The position numbers were made by a program, and so were the translations under genes. Shown here piece after piece: positions 9,231 to 19,176 of a stretch of 64,000 bases of DNA (the first letter of the stretch is position 1; each line of letters opens with the position of its first letter). The stretch is taken from positions 1,632,001-1,696,000 of the forward strand of contig CM000207.1 of the NCBI GenBank assembly GCA_000002445.1. Direction: 5' to 3'. The stretch comes from Trypanosoma brucei (Eukaryota). Below the pieces are notes generated by a model. The model saw nothing but the letters and a program-made list of their open reading frames with translations. It was not told where the DNA came from and did not search any database.

Positions 9231-10082
9231 CGCGCCCGACACTCAGTGGTCTGATGTTGCGGGGAAAATAGGTGTCGAGGGAGAAAGGAGAGAGTGTAGG
9301 TACTTCAATAACGACACGCTCTTCTTTACTGGCTGCCATCCCATGTGCCCAACAAGAAGGGAAGAGGAGAAACAGGGGTAGGGGGAAATGGAACCTTACT
9401 GTTCTTTTTGGAGGACTTTAATTAAACAGCCTTTCCACAAGCAGATAAAACATTTTAAATACCAAAATAACTCTGTTAAGCGTCAACTGACATTACCGCG
9501 GCCTCTACGTCGTTCGGTGTGTATGTTCGTCACAATGGGAGAGTGGAGAGGGATACAGTGCCACTAATGTGTTGCATGAAGCATCGCTCCAGACCTTGTG
9601 TAGGGTCGTGTGGAAAACCAACAGTCCCACCATGGCACCAGAACCCAAATTGTCAAACATTGGAGACTACTTCCCTTCTCCTCCCCTTACACGCACACCA
9701 TTCGGTACACTTCCGCTGCCGTATTTTTTTTCGCTTCGGATTCACCTCCCCATCAGCTGGTGTTCGCCGTTTGCATTCTCGTTCTCTTTTTAAATGACGA
9801 GTCTGACAACCGCACCAAACGATAAAACCAAAGAAAGAAGCGAAGCAAGGGTAAACCCGTAATCATTCTATATATATATATATATATTTGACATTCCATA
9901 ATTCACAATCCCTTCCCTTTAATTTATTGCTTTCGGGAGGGTGGTATCAATGGCACGTACATACACATTGAAAGGAATTAAAACAACAAACAAAAGGCCA
10001 ACAGCAAGAGGTATTAGTTACCGACAACCCACAACCACCCGCACACAGATACCGTGCGCTACAATTCCCCTTTACTAATACC

Positions 10083-11549
10083 TCATAGACTGAGGTCACC
10101 GTCGAAGGAGCTAAAGCCAGCCAACAAAAAAAGTGGGTAGAACGGTTTGAAGCGGATGCTGTTGCACCAATTCCACGCGCTTGTTAATCGGCCATCAACG
10201 CAGCTTCCTGCGTCATCCATGTTATCACCTCCACTGCCATCAAAACCGTGTCGAAAGAAATCACGAAGAATAGCCAGTTTAGCTCCAGTTGGGCTACCCC
10301 AAATCTCTTTTACGTACGCCTTGTGCTCGGGGCTCTCCTCCAGTTTGTCTATATGACTAACAGTTCGAAGGATGGGTATAATTATTCGAGACACCTGACC
10401 ATATTTGTCAATAAAGTGAAAGGCATTCGGCACCTGGTCATCACCCAAGTGGATGCGCTCGGAGCCCACCCATTCACCTAGCTCTTTCTTCGTTTCCTGC
10501 ACAACTTCGTGAATTGCATTGTACAGATTTGGCGCTTTTTGCACGCGCTGATAACCCTGGCCGGTGGAGCGAAACTCATAAGGTTCATTTGGGTTTAACA
10601 TGTCTTCCTCCGCAATTGTCCACAATGAAAACATGCGGCGGCAAATGTTTTTCCAGAGAGAGAGGCTCTGTAATACAAAGAAATATTGACGTCTATGGTT
10701 GTGAGTGAGCCGACTTCCGCCTTCCCCTTCTACAATATTCAAATCTGTAGCTTCTGTCACATTGTTCGGTGAAAAGTGCTGGAGCAAAAGATTCAGTAAC
10801 TCATTGGTGCTTTCTACATTTTCATTTGCGAACTGGTTAGCGTCATTGAGACTCCGGATGGCTATCTCCACCTCGTCCTGCGATCTCCCGGATTTCCTAC
10901 TATATTCCTTTACGACAGAGCTGACGGTTACATCCTTCCGGCGCAGCGCCTCGTTGAGTTTGCTTCTCTTTTTCATGAAAGGTACCGGTGTAATGCACAG
11001 CGGCAGACGTTTGTCCTGCAGCATATCCTCCACACCCAAGTAACTGCAGTAACGCCCGACAGTGATGATTCTCTCTGCAACTGGGAAACCCAGCGCCTCC
11101 TTCACATTCTGGTTCTGCACTGCATCCTGAATCATATACAAGAACTTGACGTAGTCTGTTCTAATGAGATCTGGATTCATCATTTTGTATCGACGATATG
11201 TTTCCACGGCGGACTGAATATCTCTTGCGAACGGTGTGAAATCCTTGTCTCTATAAAGGGCCCCTCCCTTCTCAACATCCAAACCAACAATAAGACCACT
11301 GAGTGCGCTCGTAACTTCCTTGACGATAACGCTGTCCCTCTTGTTACCTTTCAGAGTAGATTCGTTGTCAACCTTATCCGTGTAATGGGAAGCCATGACA
11401 ATGCCCCGCATGAGTCGCTGCACCTTGCGCTCTTTGGGGTTAAGGCGCAGGGGAATGTAATCCGCGTGAGCAATCGGCTCGGGCATAAGGTCATAGTCTG
11501 CCCCGGTGTTACCGTTAACACTATTGGAACGAAGCCCAAAGAGGTTCAT
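10083..11549 (-). CDS. Conserved hypothetical protein (488 aa)
   Basis: Long uninterrupted ORF with ATG at 11547-11549, in the unit's orientation and with complex composition. No family confidently recognised. Confidence 0.65.
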   Translation of the reverse strand: MNLFGLRSNSVNGNTGADYDLMPEPIAHADYIPLRLNPKERKVQRLMRGIVMASHYTDKVDNESTLKGNKRDSVIVKEVTSALSGLIVGLDVEKGGALYRDKDFTPFARDIQSAVETYRRYKMMNPDLIRTDYVKFLYMIQDAVQNQNVKEALGFPVAERIITVGRYCSYLGVEDMLQDKRLPLCITPVPFMKKRSKLNEALRRKDVTVSSVVKEYSRKSGRSQDEVEIAIRSLNDANQFANENVESTNELLNLLLQHFSPNNVTEATDLNIVEGEGGSRLTHNHRRQYFFVLQSLSLWKNICRRMFSLWTIAEEDMLNPNEPYEFRSTGQGYQRVQKAPNLYNAIHEVVQETKKELGEWVGSERIHLGDDQVPNAFHFIDKYGQVSRIIIPILRTVSHIDKLEESPEHKAYVKEIWGSPTGAKLAILRDFFRHGFDGSGGDNMDDAGSCVDGRLTSAWNWCNSIRFKPFYPLFLLAGFSSFDGDLSL

Positions 11550-12554
11550 TGCTTGACGTCGTCAGCCTTCCAGATAAATGTATATGTATATATGTATTTT
11601 TGGATATATATATATATATATAATGTTTGGCTGATGGTGTTGTGAACAACCCGCCTTCTTCCCACCCCTGCTTACGGGTTATCCCAATACGTTCCAATTG
11701 CCTTGCCTTTACTTTGCTCTCCCTATTTTCCTCTCTACTTACTGTTTCCTCCTTGTTTTACCCAGTGATCAAATTCACTTAATATATCCCTCCCCTCCCA
11801 CGGTTCTGCTTCGTCACCAAATACCGCCCTTTGCAGTCTGTAAGTGCACGAGTGGCAAAATAGTGAACGGATGCAATATATAACCGAATATTTAAATGTA
11901 TAAAGATGTTTTCTTATTTACCTTTTGTGCTGCAGAGCACTCGAGTCAGGCAAACCGGCAACCGCCGTCGAAATCCTTTACTAAACAAGTTAAAGAGAAA
12001 ATTAGACCCACCCGCTTACAAGAGTATAATATTGAAAAGCGTGCGAAAAACGCATTGGGAGCGTGAAGTATATGAGGAATATAAGAAAAATCAGCATGAA
12101 ATCACAAAAAGAGTGCAAAAATGGAAGGAAAAGAGATTATAAGCATGAATCAAGAAACGCAACAACAGGGGACGGTGAGTGAGGTGATGGATCAGGCAAA
12201 AATAAGTAATTCTTTTAAAAAAAAAAAAAAGGGACCTCAAATTAGAAAGTCCGTGGTATTAACCGCTGTAAATGGAGGTGGCCTTAGTGGCAATATAGTC
12301 CCCTCGCAATATACTAACAACAGAACAGTACGCCATCTGCGCGATGTCAAGCAGGGTGACTGCAGGCAGGCGCACAAATAGGTCCCGACCGCCCGGAGAC
12401 ACCGCTACCCCGCACAAACAGACGCACACAATTATATATTATGCACTGCTGCACCTCGTCTAACCCCTTGCCTCTGCATCCCTAGCGGAGTTAACGTGGA
12501 CGACGGTTGCAAAGGGATTTCCCAAGCGCAATCTCTGCCAACGTGGTGGTCGGC

Positions 12555-14411
12555 TCAAAGCATGATCGACTCCACCAGTCCACCAGCCACAGTTTCACCA
12601 TCCTGCTGCAGCACGAAACGACCCAAAGAACGACACACTTCCGCGGGTTCCAAAGCAACCTTCCGCTCGGCCCTAAATACGATAATCGCCTGTGTTGACT
12701 TGGGAATGCACTTCACCATGCCAGATGACCAGTTTCCACAGCGGTCCATTTTGGAAACAAGGACCAGAACTTGGAGTTGCACCGTTAATGCGTGGCACAC
12801 CATCGTAAAACGGGCACCGGGCAAGATGGACTTCTGTAGTGTGGTGTATGTTTGTATGCGCGCCTTGAAATCTGTTGAGCAGCGTGTTGCGTCACCACTA
12901 CCGGCTTTGCATCCCACACATCCCGGTCCAAGACCCACAAGAGAAGAGGCGGTGTCAATCACAATTGTGTCGCCCGCAAAAGCGGCGGGGACGAGCCCAC
13001 CCATTGTAGGTTTTTCTATGGATCGAACTTGCACCTTCACATCTGCCGGAACGAACAGCAACTTCTCCCCTTTCTGCACATTTCCGCATTCCACCTTGCA
13101 AAAGATCCTCGAATCTTGTACGTCCTGCACACTCAGTCGTAGCAGAGTGCCCATCATCCTACTTTCTAGCGGACATTGATCAAGCAGCACCACCAACGAC
13201 GGCCCTTTATACCAAGGTGTCAGCCCCACATCAACGACGTTGATGTTTGTTCCCTGAATACCACTAACTGGGCAGAAGCCAGCGACCGCATCTTCCTTGA
13301 AGTGAACCTGCTTCAACAGGTATTTGAGCTCGCGAACAACGAAATCATAGCGCTCTTGGCTGTAACCAACCGAATCCATTTTGTTCACAGCTACAACTAT
13401 GTGCCCCACGCCCAGCATCTTCAGTATCACAAGATGCTCTTTCGTCCCATGAGCAAGTCCCACCTCAAACTCGGAGGTGCCTGCAGTCACAACGAGAAGT
13501 GCTGCATCAGCCTGTGCTGCACTGCTCATCATATTAAGGACATAATCCTTGTGACCGGGCGCATCTAGAACGTGGATGCGACGATGCTCCGTCTCAAAGC
13601 AGTACGACCCCGCGTCGATTGTTACGCCACGTCGACGTTCCTCCTCCGATTGATCGAGTAACCAGGCAAATTTAAACGACTCCTTCTTCATTTGGCGAGC
13701 GTTCTTCTCGTTACGGTCCACCTCTGACTGTGTGACCTTCCCCAGCATCAACAACAAATGCCCGATGGTTGTGCTCTTGCCTGCATCAACATGACCAGCG
13801 ACGATAAATGTGCAATCCAGTTTGCTTGGGTCAGGAGCTATTTCCTTGACCATGTCCTTCTTACCTTTATGTTGTTGTTGCTGCTGCTGCCGTTGTTGCT
13901 GCAGCTGCGCTGAGGAGGGGGAAAAATCAACTGCTGCTCCGATCTGTTCCTTGGTGGAAGCCGTCATACTGGTTTCTCGCTTTGCAGTTGATCCCACCTT
14001 TAGCGACCGACCTTTACCAGGAATTGGAGTTGATACGGCAGGGCGCACAACAGTTGAAGTCACTGCACTTACTGCCTGGCACACGTCGTAATTACACGCG
14101 CGCAACGCCTCGACGGCACGCGGCGTATCACACCTGCACGTACCGTTAGTTGTCAACAACTGCTCATAGAAGCCCGGTAAAAGCGTTTGGAGCAACTCAT
14201 AATCAACGTCTTGCTTATCTAAACGGTGAATATCCGACTCCTCTGGTTTTTGACCCTCCAAATTATCCGTTCTGCTGACACCAGCGGGTTGCTGCGCTTC
14301 CTCACCTCCATAATAACCCTCCCCCTCCTCATAGTAGTAATCTTCTTCTTCGTAGTAGTCGTCATCCATGTAGTCATCCAGTTCATTGTAAAACTTCCTG
14401 TGGCGATTCAT
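12555..14411 (-). CDS. EF1-alpha-like translational GTPase of the HBS1/eRF3 subfamily (618 aa) with Tyr/Glu/Asp-rich N-terminal extension
   Basis: G1 GHVDAGKST, G3 DAPGH, G4 NKMD and EF-Tu-like domains II/III present. The N-terminal ~200 aa are low complexity (DDYYEEEDYYYEEGEGYYGGEE, poly-Q). ATG at 14409-14411. Confidence 0.75.
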   Translation of the reverse strand: MNRHRKFYNELDDYMDDDYYEEEDYYYEEGEGYYGGEEAQQPAGVSRTDNLEGQKPEESDIHRLDKQDVDYELLQTLLPGFYEQLLTTNGTCRCDTPRAVEALRACNYDVCQAVSAVTSTVVRPAVSTPIPGKGRSLKVGSTAKRETSMTASTKEQIGAAVDFSPSSAQLQQQRQQQQQQHKGKKDMVKEIAPDPSKLDCTFIVAGHVDAGKSTTIGHLLLMLGKVTQSEVDRNEKNARQMKKESFKFAWLLDQSEEERRRGVTIDAGSYCFETEHRRIHVLDAPGHKDYVLNMMSSAAQADAALLVVTAGTSEFEVGLAHGTKEHLVILKMLGVGHIVVAVNKMDSVGYSQERYDFVVRELKYLLKQVHFKEDAVAGFCPVSGIQGTNINVVDVGLTPWYKGPSLVVLLDQCPLESRMMGTLLRLSVQDVQDSRIFCKVECGNVQKGEKLLFVPADVKVQVRSIEKPTMGGLVPAAFAGDTIVIDTASSLVGLGPGCVGCKAGSGDATRCSTDFKARIQTYTTLQKSILPGARFTMVCHALTVQLQVLVLVSKMDRCGNWSSGMVKCIPKSTQAIIVFRAERKVALEPAEVCRSLGRFVLQQDGETVAGGLVESIML

Positions 14412-17384
14412 ATTATTCCACTTCCTACGCTGCTGTACTTCCCCTCCCTCTACCGACAGTACCGCAAATCAACTAATTTTGTTGCGTAAATTATATATAT
14501 ATATATAAGCAAAGACCGCACACAAGAGCAGCGTAAGTGTGAAAAAAAAGAGAAATAAGGGAAAAGACAGATGGAGTTTGTAGTGACTATTGCAGAACCC
14601 CAAGTTCTTTCCGCAGAAGCAGCAACCGCGATAAAAACATTTTCTTTTTTTTTTCATATTGTGTTTAGTTTTTTTTTGGAATAACCGCTGCGACGATTTC
14701 TCCTTCCTTTTACTCTTTTTGTTATTTCATGGTGAATTGGAAAGAGGGAGGGAGCAGATCGCACTTCTTAGCCAACCTCCCACCCAATCCCCATTTTCCT
14801 TTTTTTTTTCCCTCTCGTTACTCCTCTTGACTTTTTTTGTTATTTCACCGTTTTACTTTTATTTTTTTTTTTTGTTTGCTTTTCTTTTAGTTCCTTCAGA
14901 AGCACCTTAATGTTCCTTTCCTCATACCATTTCCTTCACCTTTTTTTTCTTTCTCTCCGACTCCTTCAGCACACTTATTGTATTAATAATAATAATAATA
15001 ATAGAGGCAGCATCCTCGCCCTCTCCCCAAACCCCACAAAGGACCGTTCACACAAATGCACGTCCACACACACACAAACGAATATAAGGAGGTAAATAGC
15101 CCTCATTCCTTTTTTTTGTTTGTTTCCTTCCTTTCATCTTCTTTTGTTCCTTTCGCCCATTTCATTCTTTCCTTTCCATTATGCACTACACGATGCCCTC
15201 GCATTGGCGGCGCAACACGTCACTCATTTTCTTCCTTTTCTCCTGGCGCCCCTTCCTTTTTTTTTTCCTTCATTCATCTCCGGATTCACTCCTCTGCTCG
15301 TGGCACTGGTACTCAACACTTTGAAAGGAAGAATGACGAGGGGAATCATTTCATGGTGAAACAAAAGAAAATAAGAGGGATAAAAGAAAAAACAGCGATT
15401 ACCCCACGGGCTTCACTTCACTTCACTTCGCTCCCTTTCCTTCTGTCTGGTCGTACCGTTGCGCTTTCGCTCTCATTTATTGTTTATCATTACCATTATC
15501 AACACCACTCTAACCACTACTCCCAATTCCCCACCACTCACCACCAACCTCCTTTTGCCGTTACATCAAACAATAAAGAAAAGGAAAAGCACGAGGTAAA
15601 GTGGAAGAGGGGAATTAAAAACAGAGGAGAGGTCTGAAATGGTTGCCAAAACCCCATCAGTACGATATAATGATAAATAAATGAAGGAATAATTGAGTAC
15701 AGTAACCGATGCCATATCATATGAAAGGGACAAGTTTGGCAGGGGAGAAGACAAATGGCGTGGAGGGAAGTTGACAAATAAAAAGGTAGAAAATGAACGT
15801 CACAGAGAATCCCGTTTGGGCGTTCCTTTTTTTTCCCCCCCCCTCTCCTAACCTTTCCCTCATTAATCTCTACCTTTCTATCTTTCTTTCATATGTGCAC
15901 GAAGGGATTATTGCGGTTTCCGCCTACGCCAATCACAGGGCGACGGCGTATGCATTCCCTCCCTTCCTCCCGCGATCAAATGTTCCCTCTATCTTCAGAC
16001 TTTCTCCTCTCAAGATAAACGCCTTGTTTCCCCCCCCCCTTTTTTTTAAAAAAAAAGAAAACTCCCGTTTCTTCTCTCCCTCTTTTCGCACTGATGCTCA
16101 TTTTCCCGCATGCCGCGCCAACTCCGAGGGATCATTTTCCTTTTCTTTCTGTTTTTATACTTTCTCCTCTCATCTCCTTCCCCTCCCCCTTACCGTCACA
16201 ACATTCCCAAATTAAAAATAAATTAATCAAACATGCTCGGCGAAGAGTGTTGTAGAAACAGCGAGAGAATATATTGTAAGAACGAGACGGCAGAGGAAGA
16301 AAGACATATTTGAACGCAAGGAAGTAATACGAAGGGGAAAAGCACGCACCTACGGGAAACAATACAAAAACAGGAGCTGCTAAAAATAAAATAAAATAAA
16401 ACAAGCGAACAAAAACAGAAAAACGAAGGAGGGAGTCGTATATGGAAAGAGAGAAAATGTGTGTTCATTCCACCATCTCATGCACTTCCCACTCCCTTCT
16501 CATCCCTCTCTCCCCTCTTTCTGTTCCCATCCTCTCTTATGTCCAGCCTCTTTTCTTCTTTTACTTCGGTTATTTTTCCAGTTTTAGTTTGCCCTTCTTC
16601 GTTCCTTTTATTTCGCTCACGTATACAACATATCTTCCCATTTTCCCTTCACTTTCTTTCCCTCTTAACGGTGAAAGCCACCGGAGCTCCCATTGCTTTA
16701 TCATCTTTTTTTTTTCTGTTGTTTTTCTCTTGGTCTCTTCCAATTTCTCATACAATTTTAAAAAGAATGTGTGTTTGCAAGTCTGCAGTTAAATAATATA
16801 ACGCCTCCTCTCGACTAACCGCAGCAGCCACCACACTCTCTTTAATGTATTTTATATGATTTCCCACTCAATTAAGGTCCACCCCATTTCCTTTTCACAT
16901 TGTCACCAATACTCCCTCCTTTTTCTTTTTTACTTCCTTTCCTTTTCTCACTCTTAACATTTGCTGGAATCAGTCACATTACATACTGTTTCGTACCCGA
17001 CGGAGACTCAGGGGCAACAACAACAAAAAAAAAAAGAAAGGTGAAGGAAAGTGGAAGAGGGCGAAAAAGAGTGGCGAAAACAAAATAAAGAAAAGATTTT
17101 CCTGCTGACACATCCCAAAACAACTTCATAAATTTTCAGTCTAAACGAGCGATGGCGGTCGTACCTGAATACCGCCAAGAGCACCCCACTTCTTTTGTTC
17201 CATTGCTTTCACACATATATATACACACAGTATTTCTCTCTTTTCTTATGTCTGCCTAACCCTTCTCATAAGTACTCATACGCGTGTGCGCTGAAGCGTA
17301 CGCGTTGTCTTCCCTTTTTTTCTTCAACCTTTTCCTTCCATCTCCCGTTCGACTCTCCGCTCGCACGCTGCAGTGATGCTGATC

Positions 17385-19052
17385 CTACATGCCAATGTGA
17401 CGGTTGAGCACGTCGAGGGCCTCCTGCACCTTCGTGTCAAGCAGACTGTGGTTGTCTAGCAGGTTGAGGATCTCGCTGTTATCCATCTCCAACAACATGC
17501 CTGTAACCTTCGCGGCGAAGGAGGGATTGTTTCGTACAATGTAGTTGTACAGCCGCTCGCCCAGCACATTCTTTTGCTGATCTGGAGTCATGCTGGCAAG
17601 TACTGTGGAGAGGTTCTGCCCCTGAGCAACCGGAGGTTGCGGAATTTGTGGGTGCGACTGTTGCTGTGGGGCCATCATGGATTGCATGGGCGGGCGCTGT
17701 GGTCCCGGGCGGGCGCGGACTTGGTTCATGGGTGTCGGTCCCATTGGTCGCATCGGGCCACCCATGCCCATGGTGGAAGGCATCATTGGCATGCGCGTGT
17801 TCATGAAGTGCATACCATTGAACATCGCCGGGGGATTCATGAAACTGAGCTGTGGTCCCATCATACCACCCATCAGGCCACCCATAGGCGGTTGACGCAT
17901 GCGGGGCTGTTTGTTCCGCATGTCTTCGAGTGTCTGCCGGCGGGCGTCCTTGCGGAGGGCGTAACTCACAAACAGAGGGCGAGGGCCCAACGCCGTGCTA
18001 CCGTGTAGTTCCTGGATAGCCTGAGCCGCGGAGCTTTGTTCCTTGAAGGAGACGAAGCCGAAGCAGCGGGACACCTTCGTTGCTTTGTCCATCATCACAC
18101 TGACAGATACAGTCTCGCCAAAGGGATCGAACAACGCCTTCAGGCGTTCGCTCGTGACGGTATCGTCAAAGTTCTTCACATACAGGTTCGGGTATTTGCT
18201 GTGCTGCTGCTGGCGCTCCCGGCGAAGGCGTTCGCGCTCCCGTTTGCGCTCCTCCCTGGAACGGAAGCGGCAGACACTTAACTTCATGCCTTCCTTTGCG
18301 AGGGGGCTTTCCTTATCATCCAACTCCTCCACGGCCTTAGCGGCAGCTTCGTGTGTGGCATAGGCAACATACCCGAAGCCGACGGTCGGCCTGCCGGCGA
18401 GATCGCGCACCTTCGCGGAAGTCACCTCACCAAAGGGAGAAAACACCTCCTTCAACTTCTCATCGTCCACGGAGGGGTCAAGGTTCTTTACGTAGAGGTT
18501 CGTGTACTGTTTCAGCTGCTCTTCGCGGTGGTGGGGTTGGTAGCGTTCCACGGTAATGGCACAGTCGTCAATGGAAACCCCATTCAACTCCCGGACGGCA
18601 TCAACAGCGGATTCCTCCTTTTCGTAGGAGATGCGGGCATACCCGCGTGATTCTCCTTTTTCATCAGTGGCAAGCCCGATGGCAGTAAGGCGACCGTACT
18701 TGGAGAACATCTCCTTCAGCGCGTAGGTGTCCACGGTGGGAGGGAGTTTTTTCACTATGATGTTCGTCACGCCGCTACGGCGTTTCGAAGGGTCGCGCTG
18801 GATTTTGGCGATACGGATGTGCTTCGTACCCAACTTCACACCGGCCTGGTCAAGCGCCTTCTCAGCATCGGCAGGGTTCTGGAAGTTCACGTAGCCGTAG
18901 CCAAGTGACTTTTGGGTGACGGAGTCCACACACACGCGGACAGAGGCAACGGGCCCGACACGAACGAAATGGTCGTAGAGTTTCTGTTCATTCAGGTTGG
19001 GGTCCAAACCTCCCACCCAAATGGAGGGGCTCGCAGCAGCAAATGCAGCCAT
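17385..19052 (-). CDS. PABP2: Poly(A)-binding protein (4 RRMs + C-terminal MLLE/PABC domain), 555 aa
   Basis: RRM RNP motifs (LYVKNL..., GFGYV, GFGFVSF), a Met/Pro/Gln-rich linker and a C-terminal PABC block (LGERLYNYIVRNNPSFAAKVTGMLLEMDNSEILNLLD). ATG at 19050-19052. Paralogue assignment (PABP2 versus PABP1) rests on remembered synteny only. Confidence 0.9.
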   Translation of the reverse strand: MAAFAAASPSIWVGGLDPNLNEQKLYDHFVRVGPVASVRVCVDSVTQKSLGYGYVNFQNPADAEKALDQAGVKLGTKHIRIAKIQRDPSKRRSGVTNIIVKKLPPTVDTYALKEMFSKYGRLTAIGLATDEKGESRGYARISYEKEESAVDAVRELNGVSIDDCAITVERYQPHHREEQLKQYTNLYVKNLDPSVDDEKLKEVFSPFGEVTSAKVRDLAGRPTVGFGYVAYATHEAAAKAVEELDDKESPLAKEGMKLSVCRFRSREERKRERERLRRERQQQHSKYPNLYVKNFDDTVTSERLKALFDPFGETVSVSVMMDKATKVSRCFGFVSFKEQSSAAQAIQELHGSTALGPRPLFVSYALRKDARRQTLEDMRNKQPRMRQPPMGGLMGGMMGPQLSFMNPPAMFNGMHFMNTRMPMMPSTMGMGGPMRPMGPTPMNQVRARPGPQRPPMQSMMAPQQQSHPQIPQPPVAQGQNLSTVLASMTPDQQKNVLGERLYNYIVRNNPSFAAKVTGMLLEMDNSEILNLLDNHSLLDTKVQEALDVLNRHIGM

Positions 19053-19100
19053 GATTTCTCTGGTTGTTCCCTTTCCTGGTTTATATTTTTAATAAACTCT

Positions 19101-19102
<2 letters not shown>

Positions 19103-19134
<32 letters not shown>

Positions 19135-19140
19135 GTGTAT

Positions 19141-19172
<32 letters not shown>
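19103..19172. repeat. Two (AT)n blocks flanking a palindromic ACACGTGT core (hairpin-capable inverted repeat)
   Basis: (at)14-acacgtgtatag-(at)15. tatacacgtgtata is a perfect palindrome and AT repeats are self-complementary, so this is a ~70-bp structure 50-120 nt upstream of the PABP ATG. Confidence 0.8.

Positions 19173-19176
<4 letters not shown>

Noticed and set aside
11906-12381. Plus-strand ORFs 11906..12142 and 12121..12381 (Lys-rich) between two minus-strand genes
   Set aside because: They are antisense to the unit, are purine-rich tract translations (poly-K/E) and have no recognisable domain.
14659-17088. Plus-strand ORFs (e.g. 15056..15637, 15793..16215, 16442..16792) in the CT-rich spacer
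   Set aside because: They translate poly-pyrimidine DNA into F/L/S/P-rich low-complexity peptides, run against the transcription-unit orientation and have no start context. They are compositional artefacts.
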